From assembly GCA_963693365.1 (NCBI GenBank), contig CAVNZM010000003.1, positions 6,142,948 to 6,206,947 of the forward strand: a stretch of 64,000 nt of DNA, written 5' to 3'. Positions 40,704-54,024 of the stretch are shown here, piece by piece. This stretch comes from Amoebidium appalachense. Taxonomy: Eukaryota; Protista; Ichthyosporea. Below the pieces are notes generated by a model that worked only from the letters and a program-made list of their open reading frames with translations, was not told where the DNA came from and did no database searches. Within the stretch, counting starts at the first letter, position 1. Every line of letters begins with the position of its first letter. The translations under genes and the position numbers were made by a program.

Positions 40704-42217
40704 TTTGCGGTTTGAAGTTTCAAAGGCATATTGGATATTGGATATTATTGGCTCCTACTCGGGCAACATGATGTCGACAGATTGTTCACAATCAGTTATT
40801 TCCCAAAAAGGTTAACAACGCCGAGTGTAAACGTACGCAGCTCGGTGGTTATAAAAAAGTTTCTTAAGCATTGTTTGTAGGGGCAACAAGGTTTCCGGCA
40901 AATCACGCAGACATTCTATTCCACGAATTCATCCCTTGCCAGATGCATTAGTCTATATCTGGCAACTATACAAAAGCCGATTAGTCACCCATGGAACCCA
41001 CTCAAAGCTAACGAGCAATGCCTGTGCGTGTGTCCTCGTGTTGGATGGTGGGAAGTGCAGCCTGTCAGACCCAAATACCAGCACTCAAAATCTAAATGAG
41101 CTTTTGGTTGAAAACATCAAGTCAAAAGGAAAAATAAATCGGTAGGAAGATAAGAAAGACTCAACCCCTTTCGACAAATCTTTAAGGGGGATACTTATCC
41201 TAGCCTGTGTGCGCGCCAGGAAAGGAGAGGGTGGTGTGTCGGTGTGTGTGGTAGTGGTGGTGTTGAGGGGGGGTTCGAAGGAACGGGTGGGTGGAGGTGG
41301 GGATTGAGGGGTTTGGGGGGGGGGGGGGGGGGAGGGGGGGAGGGGAGGGGGATTGAATGCTGGAGTGAGACGGCATCGGAGCTTATTATTGCGCTCATCT
41401 CCAAATATGAAAAAGCTTTGAATCCTAATAACCCCCCTCCGAGCCACCCCTTCCCCCCCCCCCCCCCCCCCACCCCCCACCCCCCACCCCCCCACCCCCC
41501 CCCCCCCCCCCCCCCCCCTTCCCCTCCCTCATTCCTCACCAAGTGAGGGAATATTATCCTGGATAAACATAATGAGGCCAGTGCCCATAATGCACTTTGC
41601 AATTAGGCAATTCTCTTATATTAAAAATTACACAAATTAAGCCGCGCTTGTATTCGTTGTTTGCAGAGATGTGTTCTCACTGATGCTGCCACATATGGTT
41701 GAGGGAAGGGGGGAGGGAGGGGAGGGGAGGAGGGGGGAAGGGGGGGGGGGGGGGAGGAGGGGGGATGAAGTTTTAAAAAAAGCTTGAGAACGTCAGATAT
41801 CCGAGGAGGGATCCTATAGCTGAAGCACGGGGGTAGGTAAACACCGCTATAGACTGTGCGTGTGTGTGCGTGTGCGTGTGCGTGTATGCGTGTGTGCGTG
41901 TGTGCGTGTGTGCGTGTGCGTGTGTGCGTGTGCGTGTGTGCGTGTGCGTGTGTGCGTGTGCGTGTGTGCGTGTGCGTGTGCGCGTGTGCGTGTGTGCGTG
42001 TGCATGTGCGCGTGCGCGTGCGCGTGTGCGTGTGTGCGTGTGTGCGTGTGCGTGTGTGCGTGTGCGTGTGCGTGTGTGCGTGTGCGTGTGTGCGTGTGCG
42101 TGTGCGTGTGTGCGTGTGCGTGTGTGCGTGTGCGTGTGCGTGCACGTGTGCGTGTGCGTGTGTGTGTGTGTCTGGTGTGCGTGTGCGTGTGCGTGTGCGT
42201 GTGGGTATGCGCGTGCC

Positions 42218-42249
<32 letters not shown>

Positions 42250-43510
42250 CGTGCGTGTCTTTGTCTCTGTGTGTATTTTTGTGTCTGTATTTTTGTGTGT
42301 AGTGCATGTGTTTGTGATTAGGTGGGCGGGGGGGAGGGTGGGTGGAGGGGGGGGGGGGGGGGGGGGAGGGGGGGGGGGGGAGGACGGTTTTAGGCATGAC
42401 CCTAGGCCCACGTGCAAACACATGTCTGTGCCTATGACTGGATGCCCGTATATGCAAATGCTGCCCCCCCCCCCCACCAGAAAAACAAAACAAAAAAAGA
42501 ATGAAGAAAGAAAGAAAGAAAAAAGAAAAAAAGAAAAAACGAAGAAAAAGTAAAAAATATCTTTAAGTAAAAATGTTTCTTCCACCTATATGATAATGCT
42601 CCCTTTCCCCCCTCCCCCCCTTCCCCTTTCATGAGAGAGGGGGAATATTCTTGATATATATAATGAGGTCAGTTCACTTACGCTTTGCAACCTGCAACTT
42701 GAATCCCCGGTGATAAACAATTAAGTATTATGTATATCGTATGACAGTATTTGCAAATGGCCCAAGGGGGGGGGGGGGGGGGGGGGGGGCATGAGGTCTT
42801 TAGTGAATCTCGAGAGCATGGGATATTCGAGAGGGAGTCCTATAGCTAATGCATGAGGGTTGGTAAACGTGGCAATGGGCTGTGTGTCCGTATTGTGTGT
42901 GTGTATTTGTGTGCGTGTGTGTGCTTGTGTACATGTGAGCGTGTGAATGTGTGAGCGTGTGAGTGTGCGTGCATGCATGCGTGCTTGGGTTGTGTGTGTG
43001 CACGTGTGTGCACATGTGCGCGTGCGTGTGTGTGCGTGTGCGTAAGAGAGTAGAGGGGGAGAGGGGAAGGGGGGGGGGGGGGGGAGGGGGAAGACGGTTT
43101 GTGTCTAGGCCCAGGTACAAGACTTAGTAAAGTTTGTGCTATGCCAGGCTACAACTCGGGCACCACCTTGATGTGGTAGACAGTTTGTTCACAATTGTTT
43201 ACCACAAAAATTATCAACATGCACCGAAAGATGCCGAATGTACATTTCTCATGGCCTCGATGTTTCCAAACCCGAATACGTTTTTTTTTTAGTATTGCTT
43301 GCAGGGGCGATTTGTTTCCAGCCAAACAGGCGGCCTTCCGACTGTTGCGTCATCGGCGCATTTGCCAGAGCATTCATCTGCATATGGCAACCCTATTGAG
43401 GCCGACAGGTCAACCAGGGAACACAATCAAAACCAACAAACAATATGGGTGTGTGCCATTCTTGAGTTTGGTGACACTCAAGCTGTCAGATCTACATTTC
43501 AGGACTCGTT
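39590..43510 (+). repeat. Decayed tandem array of ~1.1-1.6 kb units with exon-like segments
   Basis: Shared blocks ATTG(T/C)TTG(T/C)AGGGGC at ~39830, ~40870 and ~43295; ACTCGGGCA...TTGTTCACAAT at ~40757 and ~43154; ATAATGAGG.CAGT at ~41569 and ~42660; TCCTATAGCT at ~41812 and ~42838. Confidence 0.7.
41855..42255. repeat. (GTGTGC/GTGC)n compound microsatellite
   Basis: Directly visible. Confidence 0.9.
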
Positions 43511-43957
43511 AGTCAGCATTGTCTCTATCTCTCTCTCACTTATTTTAATATTAACTTATTTTAACATTAACTTATTTTAACATTAAAAAAACGATTCTGT
43601 GCTGACAGTAAGCACAATTACCTCCCTCCGCCCCCCCCCCCCCCCTTTTCCGGTCCCCTTCCTTCTCTCAGGCTTATGTGACTTCGTATCCCGATCCGTG
43701 AGACCCCCTTCCCCCCCCCCCGCCCCCCCCCCCCCCCCCCCCCCCTCCCCCCCCCCCCCCCTCCGGCCCCTCCTTTCCTCCCCCCTCTCCCCTCCCCTCC
43801 CCCCCCTCCCTCCCTCCCCGCCATGCACACACATGCCCAAGAAGCAACGTACTAGTAAAGGGAACCTTTGACCGTGACCGGATACAACTGTTACAATGAT
43901 TTTGCTGCAATCCGACCCCGCCACAGTGTGTGTGTGTGTGTGGAGGTGTGTGTGGAG

Positions 43958-43989
<32 letters not shown>

Positions 43990-44119
43990 CCCAGTGTGTG
44001 TGTGTGCGCACGCGCATGTGTGCGCCCGCTTGCGTGTGCACATGGGAGCATGTGCGTGTGGTGCATGCGCAAGTTCATTGGCACACATGTCACGCCTGAC
44101 TTTGTGTCCCCCTCCCCAT

Positions 44120-44155
<36 letters not shown>

Positions 44156-44661
44156 TTTTCTTCTTTTCTTCTTAACTGGCTTATCCCGATACATGTACAG
44201 TCCCGGTAATTCACCTCATGGGAGCAGTCTTCCCACCACTAGGAAATTGTGTCGCCTTTCAATGGCAACGATGTAAAATGGGGCCTAAATGAACAAAGTG
44301 ATACATCTCAGGCACTCAGGACCGAGAACTTTCTGCCAAGATTCGAGCAGGCTCTTTCAGCTTCGACTCTGTGTGGCTTGCGAAATTATTTGCTAATCCA
44401 TCATCAATGGAAGATGCCTGGGAATGGCTACAAAGATTGGGTGCACCGTGACGTGTGTCTGCAGCAACCCATTGCAGCCAATGTGAGGCTTGCCGAGCCA
44501 CCCATCTGAACACAAGCATGTGTGCTTTCAAATAGGTAAAACGAATTTGATGATTGATTGTGGGAGCAAGGGCTTCAAAAATCGCAATGCATGTAATAAT
44601 CAAAAGACGAATGTGCACAGATAAAACGTTGCTGTGAAGAATTCATCGTCCTGACAAGGTA

Positions 44662-44692
<31 letters not shown>

Positions 44693-44987
44693 ATCCTCTT
44701 ACCCCCCCTCCCCTCCCCCACCAGCGCCCTCCCCCCCTCCCCTCCCCAAACACACACACTGTACGTACACCAAGTAACATTGAACACTGCGGATATTGAT
44801 AATAAAATTCCTAATAACCACTGGGTAGTATGATTGAAGAAGTCTCTGTTGGCTATCCAAAAATTTGGATCGCTACCTGTACCCCAAGTCTAGCCCCCCC
44901 CCCCCCCCCCCCCCCCCCCCTCCTCCTCCCCACTCCTCTCATCGCTCACCCCCCCTTTAACCTTTCATGCAGCGCCACAGAAGACAA

Positions 44988-45038
<51 letters not shown>

Positions 45039-45159
45039 TCTTCACCCTCTCTCCCTCTTCCTCCATCTCTCCCTATCTCCCTCCCCCTGTCCCTCTCCTT
45101 CTCCCTCTCCCTCTCCCTCTCCCTCTCCCTCTCCCTCTCCCTCTCCTCTCCCTCTCCCC

Positions 45160-45296
<137 letters not shown>

Positions 45297-45302
45297 CCCT
45301 TC

Positions 45303-45423
<121 letters not shown>

Positions 45424-46374
45424 GGCGGGGGGGAGGGGGTGGGGGGGGGGGGGGAAGAGGGAAGGGGAAGGGGGGGGGGGTGGGGTGGGGGGGGGGGGGT
45501 CCCGGAGGAGTTGTGGTGGTGATGGTGGGGGTGGTGCATTTTTTTTGTTTGTGTCATGTTGTGGGTGGGTGGGTGGGCCGGAGGGGGGGGGGGGGGGGGA
45601 GGGGGGGAAGGGGGGTCGTTGCCCGGGAAGATAGACTGGGCATGTGTTTGTAGAACGAAAGGCGCCACAGTGTGTCATGTGTATACTATATCCGTGTGCT
45701 AGGGTGTGTATGAGGAGCGGAGAAAATGATCGTGCTTGCCCGTGCCCCTTCCCCTTCCCCCCCTCCTTTCTTTTTCTTTATATAACTGATTTGATTATAA
45801 ACCAACTCGATCCTGGGCTATTCCCAGTGGTTCACCTAATGCAAGTTACTCTTCCATCCTATGAAACGACTGCCCCTAAAAGTAATGGCTTTTTTTTGTG
45901 GCTGAATCGCGAGTAACCAAACCCCTCGGGAGCTTTTTGTAAATTTAAACTTCTTATCTATTTTTTTTTTGCTACAACTCTGGGTGGATTGAAACATGAA
46001 CCGAGTTAATTTCCCAGCGTTTAACAGACAGAATGCAAGGCGTCAGGTGCATGCCCTGCAACTACGAGCTCCAATAGTCTCACCACTGTAACTGTGTGAG
46101 ATATTACAGCCCTGTATAGCCACACACTCAATCACAAGCCTGTGTGCTAGAAGTCACATGACAGAGTTTTTGGCCTTGATTGTGGGACCAAAAATAATAA
46201 TAATAATAATAATAATAACAATAGTTAAAAAAAAATAAAAAAAACGTGACCAAGCAGACCAGGCGCTTGCCGGAGTGCAGAATATTCATATTCGGATGAT
46301 GCCGGATTCCCGGGCAAGGTCGGACTGCAAGACATTTGCAGTGCACACAATCCTTCAATCGTATGAAACCCAAG

Positions 46375-46410
<36 letters not shown>

Positions 46411-46617
46411 AACACACACACACACGCACATGTACATGTACACACACCCTTTGGAACGAACGTTTTGTAGAGTCATAGTACTGAATAATATCGATATGAT
46501 TCAGTGAACATCCGTTTGCAAAACAGAACAGTGGTTTCCACGGATGGCTTCCTTGCCGACTCTATTAACACCCTCAGCCTGCAGCTGATGAACTTAGTAA
46601 TCCTCCCCCTCCTCTCT

Positions 46618-46656
<39 letters not shown>

Positions 46657-47404
46657 ACCACCACCACCACCACCACTGCCCCAGATCTTCCCGCCACCCT
46701 TTCTGCGGGTGCCCCTCTGACCCCTTCATGCACGGACCACAACACCCATGGCCAGTCGTTAGCCCCCCCCCCCCCCCCCGTCCACACATACACACGCACA
46801 CAGAACCCCACCTCGCCCGGCCCCCCCTGCCTCGCTCCTTCACTTGCACCAACTTCAGTAAACACACCCAAACACTATCACAAGCGTACCTGTGTGGCCA
46901 CTGTGGCACTGTTCATTGACACAGTTGTCAATACCATACACATAGGAGTGGACAGGATCACGTGCACCACCAAGATTTTTACTAAGTCACAAGATAGTCC
47001 CGATCGAACCTAGATGTTCTGGAAACAAATCAACATCCTAGAGTATACGGAGTCTTAGTGAAATATTATAGTACCCGGAGAAGGGGAAGGCTAGATTTAG
47101 AAAATTATCAACTTACTGTGTAATCAAAGTGAACAACAGCATCACCGCCCATGATATAATGTTTTCTTCTTAGCTTCTCAGAGCATAGTGAATCACGGTC
47201 TTATTAGTATGAGATTTGGTTTCGGAATCCCGCGTGTAAACCAAAACTACATGTATCGGTGTGACACGGTGTTGCTCTATATCATGCCCGCAGTGGCTTT
47301 GCGCATCGTGCTCAGTGTTGAGGAGCTTATGATCGTGGGTGCATGTCTGTGTGCCAGTGAAGTGTGTGTGTGTGTGTGTGACACTGTGTGTGTCTGTGTG
47401 TGTG

Positions 47405-47474
<70 letters not shown>

Positions 47475-47560
47475 GCATGCGCTTGTCTGTGTATGTGTGT
47501 GCGCACGCTCGTGTGTGTGTGTATGGCGTGTTTGCGTATGGGTTTGTGTGCACACAAACC

Positions 47561-47672
<112 letters not shown>

Positions 47673-47735
47673 CGCGTGTGTGTATGGCGTGTACTACTAG
47701 TGCGTATGGGTTTGTGTGTGTGTGTGTGTGTGTCG

Positions 47736-47772
<37 letters not shown>

Positions 47773-47824
47773 CGCGTGTGTGCGTGTGTGTGTGAGTGCG
47801 TTTATTTGTGGACACTGTGCGTGC

Positions 47825-47888
<64 letters not shown>

Positions 47889-47933
47889 GCGCGCGTGCGC
47901 GCGTGCACCCGTTTTTATGTTCTGGTCCGACAG

Positions 47934-48011
<78 letters not shown>

Positions 48012-50141
48012 CCCCCTCCCTTTCCCCCCCCCAAAGCTCCCCTCGGAGTCCCGCCCTTTTTAATAATTGGGGCCCGTAAGACACGTGCACAGCTTATTAA
48101 GTCTCATTTTACTTAAGATATTCCTGGGTGGTTAGTATCCTTATAAAGCCTTCTACTGTCTACGAGGATATGACTGCTACGTGCTGCATATACGAGTACC
48201 ACTTTTATGGGACAACAGTTGGAACTTCGTCAAGTGACGTGTTTACTTACTGGTAAATCGATACTGGCCACTTGGGTAGGTTCTATAGTAGCTACAACTG
48301 TTACATACAACATCCCCTACTATGACTATGCCCGGGGCCCACAGTAACTATCATAAAAATCAACTTTCACTACAGTTTCGGGAGAGTGCAAGAAATACAG
48401 AGTGCAGATGGGACTAAAGAACTTCAAGGGACGGAAAAGGGAGCTGGAAGGTCGGTCGGAAGACAGCAAAAGCAAAATTTTTGCAGCTTCAAGTTGAAGG
48501 CTTTGGGAGCCGAAGCATTTGACTCACTCAACCTGCAGGGGGTCGGCCTTGTACCAAATATGCACACATCTGTGCACACCGAATTCAGTGTAACAGGTGT
48601 TTATAAAACTAAAAACAAAGTAGGATTATCAATCTTAGTCATGCGGGCGTGATATTGGATATCACACGTGGCCACCGTGTGGCACAAATTATTGTGACGG
48701 AAAGTTCTTCTGGTTTACACGGGAAACCAAATTAGCAAGATCAGTACTATTTTTTTGTAGTTGCGCATCTCTGTCATCGGCCCGTGTCGATGCACCCGGG
48801 TGACAGCCTGAGCTCATGAGCACCGTGACGGTGTCGGCACGTCAATACTTGTACCAATTTGCAAAAGTCAAAACAATTGGTTACTTTTATTGCGGTCGAA
48901 TTAATGATTGGTCAATGACCCATGCGTTCACATGCGTTCCCTCCCGAGGCAAAATAAAAAAGGGGGAGGAGAGAAAGTAAAGCAAAGAAGAAAAAAAGAT
49001 TCGTATAAAAAATTATGACGCCTAGTATGCAGTAGCATACAACACATGCATGATAATCCAAAATATGAGGGATCCAAATCTGAATAATATCGGATGCACT
49101 TTCTGAATTCCCACCAAATTTTCAGGAATGCATAAATGAATTCCCCTCATATTTTCGAGTTTTGACTACGTTACGTTACCCGACCAAGGCCTCCTAAATA
49201 GCACACCCACCAATCCAACTAGTTTTAGCGCAACATCATAGTGTAGCATCAGTAGACCAGGGCCCACAAAAAGTATATGTTGGCTTATTAATGGTTGTAG
49301 TGGGATTAAACTTCATTGTGATTCGAGAAATTACTATGAGTTTTTTCGTAGGGAAATGAAGCTTTTAAAAGAAATTTACATGCTCCGAAACTCATGACAC
49401 AGAAATATGGGAAAATTTCAAGAACACTTGGGCATAAATCCTTGCCTGAATTCCTGGGTTTTGGAATGTGCGTTAACATGACCACGAAAATATGAAAATA
49501 ATATGATTGGCAGATACCTCTTAAAGCATCACCTGATTGGATTCGCCAACCGGTAGCGCCAAAAGGCATCTTGTTTAATGTTATGATTTTGAACGAATCA
49601 TTCTTGGTCTATAGCAGCATTTAAATTTTTCATTTTTCAGGTCAATCGAACTTTGGGCTTGAGGTTGCGTGGGGTATCTAAACATTTGAATAAAGGTAAA
49701 AGGCGATTGCAGTCGATAAGAAATTAAGTTTTGGTTTTTTTATGAATTAAATTTAATCAATTATATAGCATTTCTGCGCTCTTTGTATACTTTCCGCTTG
49801 CCTTTTCTCCCGTGATTACACAAGGGTTACTGAATGGTGACACTACACGTTGCACGGATAAAACCAAAAATACCGACCATTCATAATCACGCTTGACAAC
49901 AACCCAATTACCGTTAGGACAGCTCAAACAAACTGAGATGCCGAGTGAAGGGGTCACAAAGCGTTCTGTTTGTTTTTTTGGATGTCTCGTGTACGGCCTG
50001 AAGTCATCCATTTTCGAAGTGCGAATTCTGGGTCTCAGCAACTCAGGGCTCTTTCAGATATATTTTTTGTTTTAATATGACAGCCCCTCAAATTGCCTCG
50101 ATGCATGCTTGACCATTTTCCCGCTGGCAGCAAAAGACAAA

Positions 50142-51134
50142 ATGTCCTGTGACGTAGCTGGGCAACCATACATCAAAAGGCCATTTGAAGACACGATGGT
50201 TCTAGAATCTTCCGAGCACCCCTATGCATACGCCAGAATGGAAGAAAAATACTGCCCGCCCTCTCCCGGCTCCGAGAGTGAAGCGGGGGCTCTCTATGAC
50301 GAGCTTATGACCTCGCTTCTCCCTGGGCCCGTGTCCTTCGAGCAACTCTCTTCTGAACCAGTTCATGTTAACTACGTACAAGGGGTCACCGAAGCACACT
50401 ACGAAAAATACGAAAGAGATTACTCACATGTTCGCGCGCACGACTCTTATCCGGAGGTTCGAAACCCGCGGCCTTACTACCCATCCTATCATGAAGTACC
50501 TCCTGCACGGAGACGGTCACATCACCGTCACGACGAATACCCGATGTTTCACCATTCATACGACTCGCCCAGTCCATCCCCACGTGCCTCCTCGCATCCT
50601 TTTGGAAGCAGCAATATGGGTCCCTCCCCATATAGGATAATGCCGGCCCACTACCGTGAACGAGACCCCCCACACCCCCAGTACATCCCTAGGTCCCATC
50701 GTGACTATCCGCCCCCCTCTCATCACTACTCGTCAAGTTTGGGGAGAAGCCACTCACTGCCGGGCCAGGCCTATAGGTTGCCCTCCTACATGGAACCTCC
50801 AAGAGCTAAGATGCATTACTCTACCGTGCGCACAGGCTCCATGGGTTCACCATCCCCACCGCATTACCCGTCAAGCCCCCCACAGGGGTTTTCACTCTCT
50901 GCACTGCAGTCGCTCATGCAGCAAACGAGCAACATCCCTGCAAAGAAAAACACACACTACATGTGTGGTAATTGTTTTTCTGTCGGCCACAACAGAAGGA
51001 CTTGCCCCTTTGCCAAAACAGGAAAGGGAGAAGGCGGTAAAGTGAACACAGCCACACCCGAAAAACCGGCAGCGGCGGCAGGTGGGCAGGCGGGAGGTAC
51101 AAACACGGGAACCGCTTCGCTTGGAGGGAAATAG
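50142..51134 (+). CDS. Uncharacterised Pro/Ser/His/Tyr-rich protein with C-terminal CCHC zinc knuckle
   Basis: Uninterrupted non-repetitive 330-codon ORF from ATG 50142; CGNCFSVGHNRRTC fits CX2CX4HX4C. Confidence 0.8.
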   Translation: MSCDVAGQPYIKRPFEDTMVLESSEHPYAYARMEEKYCPPSPGSESEAGALYDELMTSLLPGPVSFEQLSSEPVHVNYVQGVTEAHYEKYERDYSHVRAHDSYPEVRNPRPYYPSYHEVPPARRRSHHRHDEYPMFHHSYDSPSPSPRASSHPFGSSNMGPSPYRIMPAHYRERDPPHPQYIPRSHRDYPPPSHHYSSSLGRSHSLPGQAYRLPSYMEPPRAKMHYSTVRTGSMGSPSPPHYPSSPPQGFSLSALQSLMQQTSNIPAKKNTHYMCGNCFSVGHNRRTCPFAKTGKGEGGKVNTATPEKPAAAAGGQAGGTNTGTASLGGK

Positions 51135-52146
51135 GGCTCAAATTGCTCTATGTTCAACGGTAAATTGTCCTTTGTTTTTGTTTTTTGTTTTCCTTTTTTC
51201 GTTCTTTTTTTCTGTTTTCTTTCTTTCTTTCTTCTTGTTTTTGTGTGTGGAATATACGGGTAACATAGGTGATCTGATGAGATGCATGTATAGTTTGTAA
51301 TGCACCTGGGAGTTGCGCGAAACCAGTGGCTTCCGTAAGCTAGTGCAGCAGTGTCTGAATGACTGCGTGCAAGAGGTACGAGCATGTAGCCTCATGTGAC
51401 TAGTTAATACTCTTTTTAACCAATGTTTTTTAAAAACGAAAATCCTTATTCGAAGACATCCCCAACATATGTCAGAGACGATGGGCACAAACAGGTTTTT
51501 CCCTGTTGTCTTTTTCATAATCCTGCGGCACTGTAGCGCCGGCTGATAATGAAAAACGTGGAAGCACGAGATAGTCGCATAGTGTGATATAACCGGGAGA
51601 ACTCGAGTCATGGGGCAACTGAAACTCAAAGTTGGTGGTACAAAGACCTGGTTCTGTAGGTGCGTGTACATAACGAATTTTTATCGCTCGAAAAATTTAG
51701 GACTGCAGGCAAATTAATAAATTTGTTTGATGATGTTTGACGTTTGTACTCTTTCGGAGAAGTCTAGAACCGTTTGTTGATGTTTACCTTTTATCACAAG
51801 GATCAAGGGCCTTTGCCATATGTGAATAAATGAAAATTGGTTTCCTCAACTCTCGCCTGTCCCCCCCCCCCCCCCCCCCCCCCCCACCCACCCCTCCCCC
51901 CCCCCCCCACACACACATTCACACACACCAACACACCCACCACCCCACACCCGCCCCCCTCCACCAACCCGCGCAGGTGGATGCCAGTGGCTCTGCTACA
52001 AGTGCATAGTGCACTGCTTTTATCGGTTAATTACAATCTGTGCTTTGCACCCTGCGCTGTGTTGTCCGCTACGAATGTAGTACATCGTACCCTGTTATGC
52101 ATTCCAACCCCCCCCCCCCCCCCCCCCCCCCCCCTCCCCCTCCCCC

Positions 52147-52177
<31 letters not shown>

Positions 52178-52507
52178 GAACACACACGAACACATACACG
52201 AACACCTGCGCGCACAAACAAACCTGGATGCATGTACGTACAAAATCTGTCATATCCATGCATGTCTTGCCTTCGGAATATGGCATGGTCTGTTGCTCCA
52301 GGCAAGTTCTGACAATTTTCTCATCACCTTACGATGTAAATATTTACTCTGGTGTGGTGTTTCGAAAAGTTGTGAAATTCTTAAACTTTGAAAATACAAG
52401 GGTAAGGCAATGAGGAGAGGCATGTGACCAGTCATTTCTGCAGCGCGGGATAATAAGAGTAATTATACGGTAAACCTCATATATATTATATATTTATAAA
52501 CAAGAGG

Positions 52508-52541
<34 letters not shown>

Positions 52542-52991
52542 TAGCTGCAGTAGGTCTGTCAAGCCCCTTGCGGCCGCTGGGGTGTGGGGAACTCAAAGGG
52601 AGGGAGGGAGGGTGGTGGTGGTGGTGGTGGTGGTTGGGGGAGGGGGGAGGGGGTGGTTCTGATCTGTACATATACGTATACAGTACTAGCACACATGTAC
52701 CAACGGTATCACATTTAACATTCAACGAGCGAGGCACTGACGTACAGCAGGCTGGCCCTATCCCCCGCAATGCAGTTGGGTCTGTGTGCGGCCGACAGCC
52801 AGTATGCACTGAAGTTCTCTCTCCCACCCCTTCCCCTCCCCCCCCCATCCTTTCTCTCTATACTATTTTCTTTGATGGTTCTGGTGGTGGTACGGTGGTA
52901 ACCGTTCGGTGGTGGTGGCCGTGCGCATGCCGTGAGTGGTGGGGGGAGGAGGAGGAGGTGGTGGTGGTGGGGTGTGTGTCGGTGCGCGCGC

Positions 52992-53084
<93 letters not shown>

Positions 53085-53820
53085 GAGGGGGGGGGGAGAG
53101 GGATTTTTCAGGCACATGTGCGTTTTTGTTTTGTTGGTTGTTTAAAGTTTTTCGTGTTCAAGTCCATATTCGTCGATGGTTAGTCCAAGCACGTGCAGTT
53201 AAGAGCACGGCCACTATTTGGGCCAAGTCTTTTTAAATTCAATTTAACCATGAATAGTGATTTAGTCAACACCACGTCACGGTTGGGAAATAAAAATACT
53301 GCTAATGTAACAGTAGTGTGCTTACGATATCGTATTAAACATATTTACGTGCAAAACTAAAGAATTACTGTGGTTGGTCAGTCATGTACAGTCGACATCT
53401 ACAATGACCTCTAAACTTTCGAGTATTTACATGTCACTGAGTATTCGAGTATTAATTTTCTTGTGACAGGCAAGTTACGCCGTCCAATGTGTGTAGGTTC
53501 ATACATGGCGATACGTAAGGAATTATAAATGAATAGTCATGCGAGTCTAGAATGTTTTCATTCAAGCATTACTCAAAATATTCGACCCCAACGTTTTTAA
53601 CTATTCACAAAAAAGAACATCACCACACTGATACGAATTGCTAGTCGAGAGTCTGTGTGGACATGTTCAGTTGATAGACTTGGTGTGTGTGGCGCCGGCC
53701 ACGTAACTCGGTGCATGTGTGAGACAGAGTGAGTGTATGGTGTGTGAACGCAATGCTGTGTGTGCACACGTTGCACCCACATGTGTGTGTGTCTGTGTGT
53801 GTGTGTGTGTGTGTATGTGT

Positions 53821-53851
<31 letters not shown>

Positions 53852-54024
53852 GGTGTGTGCGTGCCTGTGTGTGTGTGAGTGTGTGTGACTCACGGTGTGC
53901 GAGTGTGTGTGTCAGTGCGTGTGCGTGTGTCCGTGTTTGTGCATGCGCTGTGCGTGTGTGTGCATGCCTTTGTATAAAAAGCGTACGGTAAATAGCGAGT
54001 TCGGTACCGAGTCCTCAACAACGG

